Source of the DNA: Alphaproteobacteria bacterium
GTDB taxonomy: Bacteria > Pseudomonadota > Alphaproteobacteria > CALKHQ01
Direction: 5' to 3'
DNA: 64,000 nt
Assembly: GCA_965227515.1 (NCBI GenBank)
Contig: CBDDFZ010000001.1
Span: 3,872,001-3,936,000, forward strand
Of the stretch, positions 1-9,682 are shown piece after piece (the first letter of the stretch is position 1; the number at the start of each line of letters is the position of its first letter). A program made the position numbers and the translations under genes. The notes beneath the pieces were generated by a model. It made no database searches. It saw nothing but the letters and a program-made list of their open reading frames with translations, and was not told where the DNA came from.

Positions 1-88
1 GGCGTAGCAATTTCTGGGGCAATTCTAGGGCTTCCTGCGAGGTGGGCGGTTGCCCGGCAATTGCCGGGCAACACACCTTTCGTTGGCC

Positions 89-553
89 TCAGGCCGCCAA
101 CGGCGGCAGTGGCGTGCGGCTGGGCATGAAGCAGCACAGCGGCGCCAGGCCCGGGTCGACAGCCGTTTCTTCGTCGGCTTCCAGCGAGATGCCGTGACGG
201 TCCAGGAAGTAGGCGCGGGTGAAGTCCCACGCTTCCTGCCATTCCTCGGTCAGATAGGCCTCGGGATCGTGGTGCAGATAGGCACCGAAGACATTGCGGC
301 AATCGTTGAAATACTGCTCCGTCATCAGGATGTGACGGTGCCAGCACTTGTCCACGTCCACCGCCGGCGCAACGCGACGATCCGGGTGCTCCACGCACAT
401 TTCCAAAAAGACACGATAAAGCTTGATCGCACGCTCGGCGCGCGCCGGATCCAACCCATCCTTCTTGATAATGTGCTTGTGAATAATCGAAAGGTCCATC
501 TCGCGGACGGCCTTGATCTGACGAGCTAATTCAAATTCATTGACCTGGGTCAT
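89..553 (-). CDS. Glycine-rich-domain (GRDP/DUF1399-like) protein
   Basis: Motif VDKCWHRHILMTEQYFNDC...GAYLHHDP matches the D-x2-WH-x-HIL-x-T-x2-Y-x3-C...LHH-x-P family signature; strong RBS AAGGAGGTGA precedes ATG at 553. Confidence 0.7.
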   Translation of the reverse strand: MTQVNEFELARQIKAVREMDLSIIHKHIIKKDGLDPARAERAIKLYRVFLEMCVEHPDRRVAPAVDVDKCWHRHILMTEQYFNDCRNVFGAYLHHDPEAYLTEEWQEAWDFTRAYFLDRHGISLEADEETAVDPGLAPLCCFMPSRTPLPPLAA

Positions 554-614
554 TTTGATCACCTCCTTGGTTGCGGCAATATTGCCTAATGAATCGCGAT
601 CATTTTCTTATTGT

Positions 615-1706
615 TTATTTCTCGAATACCTCCGCCAAATGGCCGATCACGCGCACCAGCTCCGACTGGCCCCGCACCCCGACTTTGGCGTAGACGCTGG
701 TCAACTGGTTGCGCACCGTCTTGAGGGCCGACCCACGCTGCTGCGCGACTTCGCGCAGGCTGTAGCCGGCGCCCATCAGGCAGGCGACCTCGGCCTCGGC
801 GTTGGACAGCTTGAACAGGTCGATCAGGTGCTGCTTGGGCGGCATCGGCCGCCGGCTCGGGTCGAACACCGACAACAGCGATCCGCTGGGCCCGTCCGAG
901 ACCACTGGCCCCAGATCGGCCAACGCGCGGACCGTGAACAGGTAGGGCGGCAAGCCGCTGCCCCGCCGCACCGAGAAAGTCGTCGCCCCCCAGTCGCCAT
1001 CCGCCGTGGCGCACTCGGCGATCGCGGTCTCGTAGCGGGTCTGGCAGCTTGAGTGCTCGAAATGGAACTTGCCGCGACGCAAGCTGATGCCATCGTCGGC
1101 AAACACCACGCCCAACATGGCCGGGTTCAGATACTGGATGCCGCCCTGGGCATCGGTTATCGCAACCGGGGTGCGCACGGCCGCGAAAGCACGCACCATC
1201 TTCGACATCAAGCTGTTGGCAAGGTTTAGCGAGTACATCGGCAGCGGCGACAGTGCCCGCCCGAGGTCGCGCAGTGTCGTCGCATCGAGTTGGGAGTGCG
1301 TCGCAATTTCGGCTGTTTCCGACGCGAGCCGGGTCCGAACCTGATACTGTCCGCCAGACGGCAGTGGTCGCTGCTGAACCAAGAACACGGACCCGTCGGA
1401 ATGCCGCCGCACGAAGTCTTCGGCGGAGAAGACCGACCGCCACTTCTTGGTTTCGGCGAGGACGTTGTCCAAGTCCTCGTAGATATCTGGGTTGTCAAAA
1501 ATCCTGTGGACCACGCATTGTCGATAAATGGTGTCGTAATCCAGCTCATCGTCATAGTTCAGAAACGAGAAATATTTACGGAATGCGCTGTTCGCTGCGG
1601 TCACCTTGCCCGCATCATCGAACGCCACAAACATTTCTTTTGATTTTTCATAGCGCTGCATAAGTACAGCTAGTTCCCGCGCTGCCATCGCCCCCATGCT
1701 CCCCAT
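615..1706 (-). CDS. PAS-domain LuxR-family HTH transcriptional regulator
   Basis: C-terminal LuxR HTH (LSNAEAEVACLMGAGYSLREVA...TVRNQLTSVYAKVGVRGQSELV); PAS-like N-terminal segments; start could be 1706, 1697 or 1688. Confidence 0.8.
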   Translation of the reverse strand: MGSMGAMAARELAVLMQRYEKSKEMFVAFDDAGKVTAANSAFRKYFSFLNYDDELDYDTIYRQCVVHRIFDNPDIYEDLDNVLAETKKWRSVFSAEDFVRRHSDGSVFLVQQRPLPSGGQYQVRTRLASETAEIATHSQLDATTLRDLGRALSPLPMYSLNLANSLMSKMVRAFAAVRTPVAITDAQGGIQYLNPAMLGVVFADDGISLRRGKFHFEHSSCQTRYETAIAECATADGDWGATTFSVRRGSGLPPYLFTVRALADLGPVVSDGPSGSLLSVFDPSRRPMPPKQHLIDLFKLSNAEAEVACLMGAGYSLREVAQQRGSALKTVRNQLTSVYAKVGVRGQSELVRVIGHLAEVFEK

Positions 1707-1870
1707 TTAGATTTAGCGTCGCTCCCCGAGAGAGAACCATGGGCGATTATTCCTAACGGCGGTGAACCTTTTGTGACAGTTAGGTAGCCTCCCCTGACCT
1801 ATATGAGCCCACCGACAGGGCCGCGCCGCGTTTGGGCGCGGAACCTTGGGACGAATGGCCCAAAACTACT

Positions 1871-1890
1871 TTGTGTACAACTGCATACAA
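1871..1890. promoter_or_regulatory. Putative GntR/FadR-type operator (tandem TGYRTACA-like boxes)
   Basis: TTGTGTACAA near-palindrome followed by CTGCATACAA just upstream of the GntR gene. Confidence 0.5.
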
Positions 1891-1908
1891 TCTAACTATG
1901 TTGTGCCC

Positions 1909-2661
1909 ATGTCAGCCGAAGTTGCGGGTCCGAACGCTGCGAATTCCGAGATCGATTGGGAAGCCATCCGGCTGAGCGGCAGATCGGAGGTCTCCGAGCG
2001 CGCCGGCCACGGCGAACGGCTGCACGACATTCTGCGTCACGCTGTCATGACCGGCCTGTTGGCACCGGGCGACCGCTTGCGCGAAACACAGATGGCGAAG
2101 GCCCTGCACGTCAGCCGCACGCCGCTGCGCGAGGCTCTGCAACGGCTGCGCAATGCCGGGCTAGTCACGCAGTCGCCGCACGGCGGGTGGCACGTCGTGA
2201 AGCTGAGCCATGCCGAGATCGTCGACCTGTACCAAATGCGCGCGGTGATCGAGGCGGCCGGAGCCGGCTTCGCGGCCAACCGCGCGTCCTATGCCGAGCG
2301 CGAGCGCCTGAAAGGCATGCTGGTCGAGGAAGCGACGCTGCAGGCTCGGGGCGACCCGGACGCGATGGCGCGCCACAACCGGGCGTTCCACGCCGCCATT
2401 CACCAGGCTGCGCACAATCCATTCCTGCTCAACGCCGTGGAAGGCATGCGCGCGGCCCTGGTGCTGGTGGGCCCCACCACGTTCATATTGCCGGAGCGCA
2501 TGCAGTCGGTGACCCAGGAGCATCGCGCGATTGCCGAAGCGATCATCCGCAACGATGCCGATAGCGCCGAGAAAGCTGCCCGCCAGCATATTCGCAATGC
2601 CGAGGCTGCACGGCTGGCTTGGCGCGCACAACAGGCAACGGACCAGCCGGAATGGGACTGA
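1909..2661 (+). CDS. GntR family regulator (FadR/FCD subfamily)
   Basis: HTH LAPGDRLRETQMAKALHVSRTPLREAL; FCD motifs NRAFHAAIHQAAHNPFL and EHRAIAEAI. Confidence 0.9.
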   Translation: MSAEVAGPNAANSEIDWEAIRLSGRSEVSERAGHGERLHDILRHAVMTGLLAPGDRLRETQMAKALHVSRTPLREALQRLRNAGLVTQSPHGGWHVVKLSHAEIVDLYQMRAVIEAAGAGFAANRASYAERERLKGMLVEEATLQARGDPDAMARHNRAFHAAIHQAAHNPFLLNAVEGMRAALVLVGPTTFILPERMQSVTQEHRAIAEAIIRNDADSAEKAARQHIRNAEAARLAWRAQQATDQPEWD

Positions 2662-3764
2662 ACCGGCGCACAGCCGACCTGGCCGGCTACGCCGGGCGCA
2701 TTGCGGTCACTCTGGCGGTCGCTTTGGTCGGCGGCTTCGTGTTCTGGCAGATCGGCATACCGGTACCGTTCATGCTCGGCGCGATGATGGCCTGCTGGCT
2801 GACAGGCGCGCTTGTGGTGCCGCTGCGCCCGACGCTGCGCATCCCGAACGAGCTTCGCATCCTGTTCGGCGCCATCCTCGGCGCGCTGCTCGGCACCGGC
2901 TTCTCGCCGGAAACCGTCGACCACGCCGCATCCTGGTGGCCCACCGTACTGGTCCTTGTCGTGGTCACCGCCGCAATCATGCTCGGCGCCACATGGTACC
3001 TGACCCGCGTACGCGCCTACGACCCGCTGACGGCGATCTTCTGCTCCGCACCCGGCGGCTTTTCCGAGGTGCTGTTGCTGGCGTCCATGAACAAGCGCAA
3101 CGAACAGGTTGTCGCCATCTTCCATCTCATGCGGGTTGCCACCGTCTTCCTGATCACGCCGTTCCTGTTATGGGTGACGGAGGACGCCGGGCACGCAGCC
3201 ATCGCCGCGCCCCGGATCTCGCTGCTGGATGCCGCGCCGGCCGACGTCGCGCTGTTCGCGGCCATCGCCGGCGGCGGATATCTGCTTGGCCGGCTGGCCA
3301 GGGTGCCGAGCGCCAGCTTGTTCGGGCCATTGTTCCTCAGCGTCATCCTGCACAGCGCCGGGTGGATCGCCCTGCCCCGCTATGACGAGCTGGTGATCCT
3401 GGCCCAGGTGGTCATCGGCTCGGCGATCGGGTGCCGCATGGCCGCCGCCCCGTTCTCGACCCTGCGCCGGCCTTTCGTCGATGCCACCGTGGTCGCATTG
3501 GTCATGGTGGCCATCGCCGCCGCCGTCTCCGTGGTGGTTGCCCTGACGATGGGCGATTCCATCGTCAAGATGTTCCTGTTGTTCGTGCCCGGCGGCATCC
3601 ACGAGGTCGCCGTCATGGCGCTTGCCTTCGGTTTCGAGGTCGCGATGGTGTCGGTACACCACACCTTGCGCATCCTGCTGATATTTGTGAGCCTGCCGTT
3701 CGTCCTGCGGTTCTTCAGCCGCCGCACGACACCGCAGCCCGCATCATCGAGAGGTTCCTCGTGA
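2652..3764 (+). CDS. AbrB family membrane protein (putative ammonia monooxygenase-like)
   Basis: Duplicated hydrophobic domains with PFMLGAM, APGGFSE and VPGGIHE motifs; start overlaps the GntR gene end. Confidence 0.85.
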   Translation: MGLNRRTADLAGYAGRIAVTLAVALVGGFVFWQIGIPVPFMLGAMMACWLTGALVVPLRPTLRIPNELRILFGAILGALLGTGFSPETVDHAASWWPTVLVLVVVTAAIMLGATWYLTRVRAYDPLTAIFCSAPGGFSEVLLLASMNKRNEQVVAIFHLMRVATVFLITPFLLWVTEDAGHAAIAAPRISLLDAAPADVALFAAIAGGGYLLGRLARVPSASLFGPLFLSVILHSAGWIALPRYDELVILAQVVIGSAIGCRMAAAPFSTLRRPFVDATVVALVMVAIAAAVSVVVALTMGDSIVKMFLLFVPGGIHEVAVMALAFGFEVAMVSVHHTLRILLIFVSLPFVLRFFSRRTTPQPASSRGSS

Positions 3765-4177
3765 CGAAACGGCGCCATCCGCCCACCGGGCTTGATCTGA
3801 GCGAGACCTATGTCGACCTGGCGGACGGCGGCGGCGCGGAAACCGTCACCAACGATGCGGCGTTCTGGCAGGACCTGATGTCCGGGCGGCGCGACATCGA
3901 CCGCCTGATGGGCGTGGCGCCCATCGACAAGGACTGGACGTTTTGGGAGCAGCACCCGAACGGCGAGGAAGTGCTGGTTCTGCTGGCGGGGGCCGCGACC
4001 CTGGTGCTGGACGACGGCACCGACGACCCGCGCGAGGTGTCATTGGAAGAGGGTCAGGCCGTGGTGGTCCCGCGCGGCACCTGGCACCGCATGATCGTCC
4101 ACCGCCCGGGACGCATGGTGTTCGTCACCGCTGGCCGCGGCACCACGCACCGCCCGCACGAGGCGACAGCCGAATAA
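3761..4177 (+). CDS. Cupin domain protein
   Basis: WEQHPNGEEVL and VVPRGTWH cupin motifs; GTG overlaps the AbrB stop (GTGA). Confidence 0.8.
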   Translation: MTKRRHPPTGLDLSETYVDLADGGGAETVTNDAAFWQDLMSGRRDIDRLMGVAPIDKDWTFWEQHPNGEEVLVLLAGAATLVLDDGTDDPREVSLEEGQAVVVPRGTWHRMIVHRPGRMVFVTAGRGTTHRPHEATAE

Positions 4178-4206
4178 CTCAATCGTTCCAGTATCAGCAG
4201 ACCGAG

Positions 4207-4467
4207 CTACTGTAGCAGGCTCGGCGCGCGATCCTGCCAGGTCGTGGCGAGGTCCATCGCGTCGTCCAGCAGATCGAGCACGCCCTCGGCCCTCTCGCTC
4301 GGCTCATCGGACAACTCGGTCGCCAACGCATCGCGGCACGCGGGCCAGTATTCGCGCTTGACGCCGCCATTGACCATCTCGGCCCAAAGGTAAGCCGCGA
4401 TCTCCCGAACCACCTCGTCGCGGGGGCGGTTCATATCAAGTCCGCCGGTTGACTTTCCTGCCATCAT
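4207..4467 (-). CDS. Small hypothetical protein
   Basis: Acidic helical-looking ORF with GGAGA RBS before ATG 4467; alternative start 4434. Confidence 0.5.
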   Translation of the reverse strand: MMAGKSTGGLDMNRPRDEVVREIAAYLWAEMVNGGVKREYWPACRDALATELSDEPSERAEGVLDLLDDAMDLATTWQDRAPSLLQ

Positions 4468-4802
4468 TCTCCGTTCCCCCAAACTATCCTACCTGCTGGT
4501 GCCCGCCGTCCCATCAGGCACCTGCCGCCGGTCAAGCGCCGATCGATCCCCACCCATCGCGCTCAATGCGCATCATCGGGGTTTCCGCCCCGTGCGTGCA
4601 AGGTTGAACTATGGTTAAGCGACGATTGTGAACGCGCCGGCGCGGTCACGCGGGCGGAATTCCGACACAATGACATGAGAGCTTGATCGGGCCAGAAGGT
4701 ATCGCCAGGAACCGATGGCACCCCGGAAACGCCAATTGGCCGCCGCCTCAATTTCGCCTTCGTACACGACAAGGCCCTGAAATCGTGCTAAATTCAGCTG
4801 CC

Positions 4803-4817
4803 TTAAAGATTCCTTAA
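4803..4817. promoter_or_regulatory. CtrA-type box TTAA-N7-TTAA containing a GANTC site
   Basis: TTAA-AGATTCC-TTAA at 4803-4817; near-consensus TTGA-ACTATGG-TTAA at 4604-4618. Confidence 0.55.
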
Positions 4818-4892
4818 ACCTTTTTGATCGGTGGCGCGACCACACTGGCATACGGACAAAATGTCCGGAAGCTCAAGACCAGGAGATAAAAA

Positions 4893-5366
4893 ATGAAGAC
4901 CAACACCCTTAAGGCGCTGACCACGGCGTTGTTTGCTACCGCGGCGATCGCAACCTCGACCACCGCGAGCCAGGCCGAAGTTCTGCCGGAGTTCGAGGGC
5001 TACCTCGAGGCTGGCCAGGATTGCCTGCCCTATCAGTATGACTCTTATGCGGCCGCCGTCGTCGACAACGACGCAGCCGGCCTGATGGACTTCATCAGCT
5101 CGCAGGGTCCGTCCTGCACCATGCTGCGGGCGACCGCCACCGTGCTGCTGTGCGACATCAGCCCGGCTGACTGCGAGCCGGCCGGCAGGCCGCCGATCGA
5201 CATCATCGAGCTCGATCGCCCGCCGTTCATGGGCGAGGAAAAGCCGGACAACGACGACCCGAACGGTCCCGATGACGGCCGCGATGGCCCGGGCCTGTCC
5301 AATGTCGACGTGCCGGATGCGCCGTCGGACGACAATGGCCGCACCGGTGCCACTGGCCCCACTTGA
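4893..5366 (+). CDS. Secreted hypothetical protein with four Cys and an Asp/Pro/Gly-rich tail
   Basis: AGGAG RBS; signal peptide ending ASQA; host-like codon usage; downstream hairpin. Confidence 0.75.
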   Translation: MKTNTLKALTTALFATAAIATSTTASQAEVLPEFEGYLEAGQDCLPYQYDSYAAAVVDNDAAGLMDFISSQGPSCTMLRATATVLLCDISPADCEPAGRPPIDIIELDRPPFMGEEKPDNDDPNGPDDGRDGPGLSNVDVPDAPSDDNGRTGATGPT

Positions 5367-5421
5367 TCGCGGCTAGGTTCGGCGCCCCAGGCACCGAACA
5401 CCCGGACTGACACACAGGCTG

Positions 5422-5453
5422 AGGCCGGCGCCCCGAAAGGGTGCCGGCCTTTC
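5422..5453 (+). terminator. Putative intrinsic terminator
   Basis: AGGCCGGCGCCC-CGAAA-GGGTGCCGGCCT hairpin followed by a short T run. Confidence 0.55.
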
Positions 5454-5563
5454 GCTGTCTGGCCGCCCGCAGTGCCGGCGTGCCCCGCTAGCCCCCCTCC
5501 CCGGCGTCTGCGTATACTCCGCCCCTCTCCCCGCCATACAACGCAGCCACCGGACACCGCCCC

Positions 5564-7477
5564 ATGAATGCCACCAAGAACCTGGACGTCATCTGCATCG
5601 GGCGTTCGTCTGTCGACCTTTATGGAGAGCAGGTCGGCGGGCGGCTGGAGGACATGGCCAGCTTCGCCAAATATGTCGGCGGGTCACCCACCAACACCGC
5701 CATCGGCGCTGCCCGCCTGGGCCTGAAACCCGGCCTGATCACCGCAGTGGGCGACGAGCACATGGGCCGCTTCATTGCGGAAACCGCAGCCGGCGAGGGC
5801 GTGGACATCGCAGGGGTGAAAATCGACCCGCACAGGCTGACCGCGTTGGTCATCCTGGGCATCCGGGACAAGGAGACCTTCCCGCTCATTTTCGTGCGCG
5901 AGAATTGCGCCGACGCGGCCCTTGAGGAGGACGACGTCGACGAGGCCTATATCGCCTCGGCGCGCGCGGTTCTGGTGTCGGGCACCCATTTCTCACGGCC
6001 CAACCTGGACGCCATGAGCCGCAAGGCGATGCGGATCGCCAAACAGAATGGCGGCAAGGTGATCTTCGACCTGGACTACCGCCCGGTGCTGTGGGGGCTG
6101 ACCGGGCACGGCCTGGGCGAGGAGCGCTTCATCGCCTCAGACAGTGTGTCGGCCCACCTGCAAACCATCCTGCCTGCCTGCGACGTCATCGTCGGCACCG
6201 AGGAGGAGATACACATCGCCGGCGGCACCACCGACACGCTGGCCGCCTGCCGGATCGTCCGGACCGCCGCGCCGGACGCGCTGATCGTGGTCAAGCGCGG
6301 CCCCATGGGCTGCACGGTGTTCGACGGCGAGATCCCCGACGACCTGGACAAGGGCATCAGCGGACCCGGGTTTCCGGTCGAGGTGTTCAACGTGCTCGGC
6401 GCCGGCGACGCCTTCATGAGCGGATTCCTGCTCGGCTACCTGAACGATGCGCCGATCGAGACCTGCTGCAAGTACGCCAATGCCTGCGGCGCGTTCGCGG
6501 TGTCGCGGCATGGTTGCGCGCCGGCGGTCCCCAGCCGCTACGAGTTGGACCATTTCCTGGCCAATGGCAGCCCCCACCATGCGTTGCGCCATGACGCAGC
6601 GCTGGAGCACCTGCATTGGGCCACCAACCGCCGGGCCGACTGGCCGCAGGTGCTGGCCCTGGCGTTCGACCACCGGGCACAGTTCGAAGCGATGGCGCAG
6701 GAGGCTGGCGCCGGCCCGGAGCGCATCCCGGCATTCAAACGCCTGTGCTTCGATGCGGCGCATCTGGTGGCCAGCGGGCGGCCCGACTTCGGCATCCTGC
6801 TCGACGGCCGCTATGGACAGGACACTTTGGATCTGGCGACCGGGACCGGCTGCTGGATCGGCCGCCCGATCGAGGTGCCCGGCACCTCGCCGGTCGCGTT
6901 CGAGGGTGGGGCGGATGTCGGCTGCACCCTGCGGGAATGGCCGGTGGGCCACACCGTGAAGTGCCTGGTTCACTACCACCCCAGCGATCCGGACGACCTG
7001 CGCGCGGCCCAGGAGGCGCAGGCGCTGCGCCTGTTCGATGCGGCCCGCCGTACAGGGCACGAACTGCTGCTGGAAATCATTCCGACCAAGGGCGCCGGCC
7101 CGGTGACCGACACCATGTTGGCCGAATGCCTGGCAAGGTTCTACGCGCTGGGGATCTGGCCGGACTGGTGGAAGCTGCCCGACCCGGGCAGCGACGCGGC
7201 GTGGGCCGCGATTGCCGACACCATCGCGAAACACGACCCGCTGTGCCGTGGGGTTCTTCTGTTGGGGCTGGATGCGCCACCGGATGAGCTGGAGGGCAGC
7301 ATCGCACGCGCCGCCGCTCATCCGATCTGCAAGGGATTCGCTATTGGCCGCACCATCTTCGGCCAGGCTGCCCGGCAGTGGCTGGCCGGGGAGATTGACG
7401 ACGCGGGCGCCCAGGCCCAGATCGGCGGCGCTTATCGGCGATTGATCGAGTGCTGGGACGCTGCCAGGGCGCCTTGA
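5564..7477 (+). CDS. iolC: 5-dehydro-2-deoxygluconokinase with C-terminal DUF2090 aldolase-like domain
   Basis: DVICIGRSSVDLYGEQVGGRLED N-terminus, PfkB motif GAGDAF, LAFDHR and WPDWWKL C-terminal domain. Confidence 0.93.
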   Translation: MNATKNLDVICIGRSSVDLYGEQVGGRLEDMASFAKYVGGSPTNTAIGAARLGLKPGLITAVGDEHMGRFIAETAAGEGVDIAGVKIDPHRLTALVILGIRDKETFPLIFVRENCADAALEEDDVDEAYIASARAVLVSGTHFSRPNLDAMSRKAMRIAKQNGGKVIFDLDYRPVLWGLTGHGLGEERFIASDSVSAHLQTILPACDVIVGTEEEIHIAGGTTDTLAACRIVRTAAPDALIVVKRGPMGCTVFDGEIPDDLDKGISGPGFPVEVFNVLGAGDAFMSGFLLGYLNDAPIETCCKYANACGAFAVSRHGCAPAVPSRYELDHFLANGSPHHALRHDAALEHLHWATNRRADWPQVLALAFDHRAQFEAMAQEAGAGPERIPAFKRLCFDAAHLVASGRPDFGILLDGRYGQDTLDLATGTGCWIGRPIEVPGTSPVAFEGGADVGCTLREWPVGHTVKCLVHYHPSDPDDLRAAQEAQALRLFDAARRTGHELLLEIIPTKGAGPVTDTMLAECLARFYALGIWPDWWKLPDPGSDAAWAAIADTIAKHDPLCRGVLLLGLDAPPDELEGSIARAAAHPICKGFAIGRTIFGQAARQWLAGEIDDAGAQAQIGGAYRRLIECWDAARAP

Positions 7478-7512
7478 CAGGCTGTTGAAACGGCCGCCCG
7501 TGCCGCCGGTCC

Positions 7513-7932
7513 TTACCCTTGGGCTTGGCCGTGCGCGTCGCGCAGGAGCTTGGCGATATTCTGCAGATCCTCGCCGGTCAGCGGCTTGTTCATGAATGCC
7601 TTGACGACCTGGAAACTCTTGGCGCGCTCCACGTCGCTCGGATCGAGCGAGGTCGTCAGCATGACGACGACGATATGCGCAAACATGTCGCCGAACTCGG
7701 TGCTGGCCGCTTCCAGAAAATCGAACCCCGACATCCTGGGCATGTTGATGTCCAGGAGAATGACATCGATGCCTTCACCGCGATTTTCGCGCATGAATTC
7801 CAGAGCCTCTTCCGCGTAGAAGAAGCTGTAAACGTTGTCCACCAGCTCCGACTGGTTGACCACTCGCCCGTACAGCAACTGATCGACGGAATCGTCGTCA
7901 ATCAGCAACATTGTTCGTATCGGTTTTCCCAC
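7513..7932 (-). CDS. Single-domain response regulator receiver
   Basis: LLIDDD, ILLDINMPRMSGFDFL, MLTTS and KPL receiver motifs. Confidence 0.88.
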   Translation of the reverse strand: MGKPIRTMLLIDDDSVDQLLYGRVVNQSELVDNVYSFFYAEEALEFMRENRGEGIDVILLDINMPRMSGFDFLEAASTEFGDMFAHIVVVMLTTSLDPSDVERAKSFQVVKAFMNKPLTGEDLQNIAKLLRDAHGQAQG

Positions 7933-8366
7933 CGTTTGCTCGCCCTAAAAAAGCAATCGGCACTCAGGCCCGTTGCGCATATTCCGGCCGCGCGACAACA
8001 GGGCCGCGAAGGCACGCAAATAGCAATAAGCCCGTCTGCATCGTCAAGCTACCTGGGTCATCCAAACCAAACATTAATATGATGAACCTAGCGCGCAGGC
8101 GAAGCGTCGCACCCGCACGGCCCAGATTTGGCAACTTTAATCGAAAACTACGACGTGACGGCCACGGACAAGGCCACACACGGCTACGGAACGATTTTGC
8201 CCACTTTCCCGCGAAACATCCAGCCAAGCCACCTGCGGCAAACGGCTGTCAGGCGAAATTCCGGCACCTGCATGAGTGCACGGCAGATACGCCCCATCGC
8301 CATCGCTGTGGCCATTTGTGCCGGGTCAGAAGACGAACGCCGGCTCGCCAACCGGACCGCCCGGGC

Positions 8367-9185
8367 TCATCTAAGGCGCTCAATGAATGCCGTGAGTTCG
8401 TCTTCCGGCAAGCCAGCGATTTCCGCCTCTCCCGGAAAGCCACCGGACCGGATGTCAGCGCGGAAGGCGGTCATCGCGGCAGTCCGCTCGGTTCGGATCT
8501 GCTCGTAGCGTCTGGCGAGATCGCCATACTTGCGTGCGTGACGAGGCACGGTCTGTGTCTCGCCACAGATATCGCTGGTGAACAGGAACATCACCTCGGC
8601 GGCCGGCCCTGACCCCAATGACACGGTCACCAGGCCGGTGCGTGGCATGATCTCAGCCATAATAGGCGCTGGCACCAACTCGGCCTCGACCGCAAAAGCA
8701 CCGGCTTCCTCCAGGCGTCGAAAGCGGTGATACAGTTCCATTGCCTCGTCTGCGGTCTTGCCGAAGGCGCGGACCTTGCCAACCCAGGTCGACTTGCGCG
8801 GCACGAAACCGAGATGGCCCATCACCGGGATATCCTCAGAGGCCAGTAACGACACCACTTCCAGCCGCCGCGCGGTGATGACCGCGTCCGCGCCGTCGGT
8901 CAGCGCCTTGAAGGCGGTGCGCAGGATCTCGTCGTTGGTCACCGCCTCCGCGAAGCCGAGCGCAGCCGTCACGAAGACGCGGGCGGAGCCGCGCCGCACC
9001 TCGCCGACATTGCGCGCGCGGCAGACCACCATCTCGATGCCGGCCGCCTCGGCTGCCGCCGCCTCGTCGGCGGTGTCGGCGGTCGCCTGCGCGAACGCGC
9101 CGGCCTGTCCCTTGGCCGCCCTCAGCGATCCGACCGTCGCCATGCGCTCGGCCGGTTGTGCGGCCCAACTGAAGATGCGAGGCAT
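8367..9185 (-). CDS. PanB-like (ketopantoate hydroxymethyltransferase family) protein, non-canonical
   Basis: IPVMGHLGFVPR, GKTADEA, LEEAGAFAVEAE, SLGSG, PRHARKY and GGFP motifs; canonical GDS and ADMPF motifs are missing. Confidence 0.8.
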   Translation of the reverse strand: MPRIFSWAAQPAERMATVGSLRAAKGQAGAFAQATADTADEAAAAEAAGIEMVVCRARNVGEVRRGSARVFVTAALGFAEAVTNDEILRTAFKALTDGADAVITARRLEVVSLLASEDIPVMGHLGFVPRKSTWVGKVRAFGKTADEAMELYHRFRRLEEAGAFAVEAELVPAPIMAEIMPRTGLVTVSLGSGPAAEVMFLFTSDICGETQTVPRHARKYGDLARRYEQIRTERTAAMTAFRADIRSGGFPGEAEIAGLPEDELTAFIERLR

Positions 9186-9198
9186 CGCCGCCTTCCTC

Positions 9199-9663
9199 TC
9201 AGCCCTTCTTCATCTTCGCCGCATAGTAGGGCGGCGGCACCGTGCCGGGCTTGTCGAACCAGTCCGGCACCTCAACGCCGGAATAGAGCAGGATGTTGCC
9301 CCACGGGTCGAACGCGCCGGTGCGCACGATCACCTTCGCCTTCGCCGCCATCTCGCCCAGGATGGTCTCGTGCGCGATCATGTCGTGCTCGGCATCGGTG
9401 AAGATGCGTTTCACCGTGTCCAGAAGGACCGGGTTGTGGTCCGGCAGGGTGTCGGCATAGGCGACCTTCTCGGCGATGAAGTGCTCGTCGATCAGGCCAA
9501 GGATGGTGGCGAGGTCCGGCAGGTCGGGCGCAATTGCCAGGTCGACCCGCCAGGCATCCTTCGGGATCGGGAAGCCCGCGTCGCACACGATCATCAGGTC
9601 GCCATGGCCCATCGCGGCGATGGCATGGCTCAGGTTGGCATTCAGCAGTCGGCCCCGTTTCAT
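9199..9663 (-). CDS. rbsD: D-ribose pyranase (RbsD/FucU family)
   Basis: LLNANLSHAIAAMGHGDLMIVCDAGFPIP and IVRTG...PWGNILLYSGV. Confidence 0.9.
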   Translation of the reverse strand: MKRGRLLNANLSHAIAAMGHGDLMIVCDAGFPIPKDAWRVDLAIAPDLPDLATILGLIDEHFIAEKVAYADTLPDHNPVLLDTVKRIFTDAEHDMIAHETILGEMAAKAKVIVRTGAFDPWGNILLYSGVEVPDWFDKPGTVPPPYYAAKMKKG

Positions 9664-9682
9664 CCCGGCCCTCCCCTCGTTT

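Noticed and set aside
7478-7490. CAGGCTGTTGAAA resembling an IS or MITE terminus after iolC
   Set aside because: Only 13 nt, with no partner end or transposase nearby.
7933-8366. Possible sensor kinase remnant or small gene upstream of the orphan response regulator
   Set aside because: No recognisable motifs or convincing ORF.
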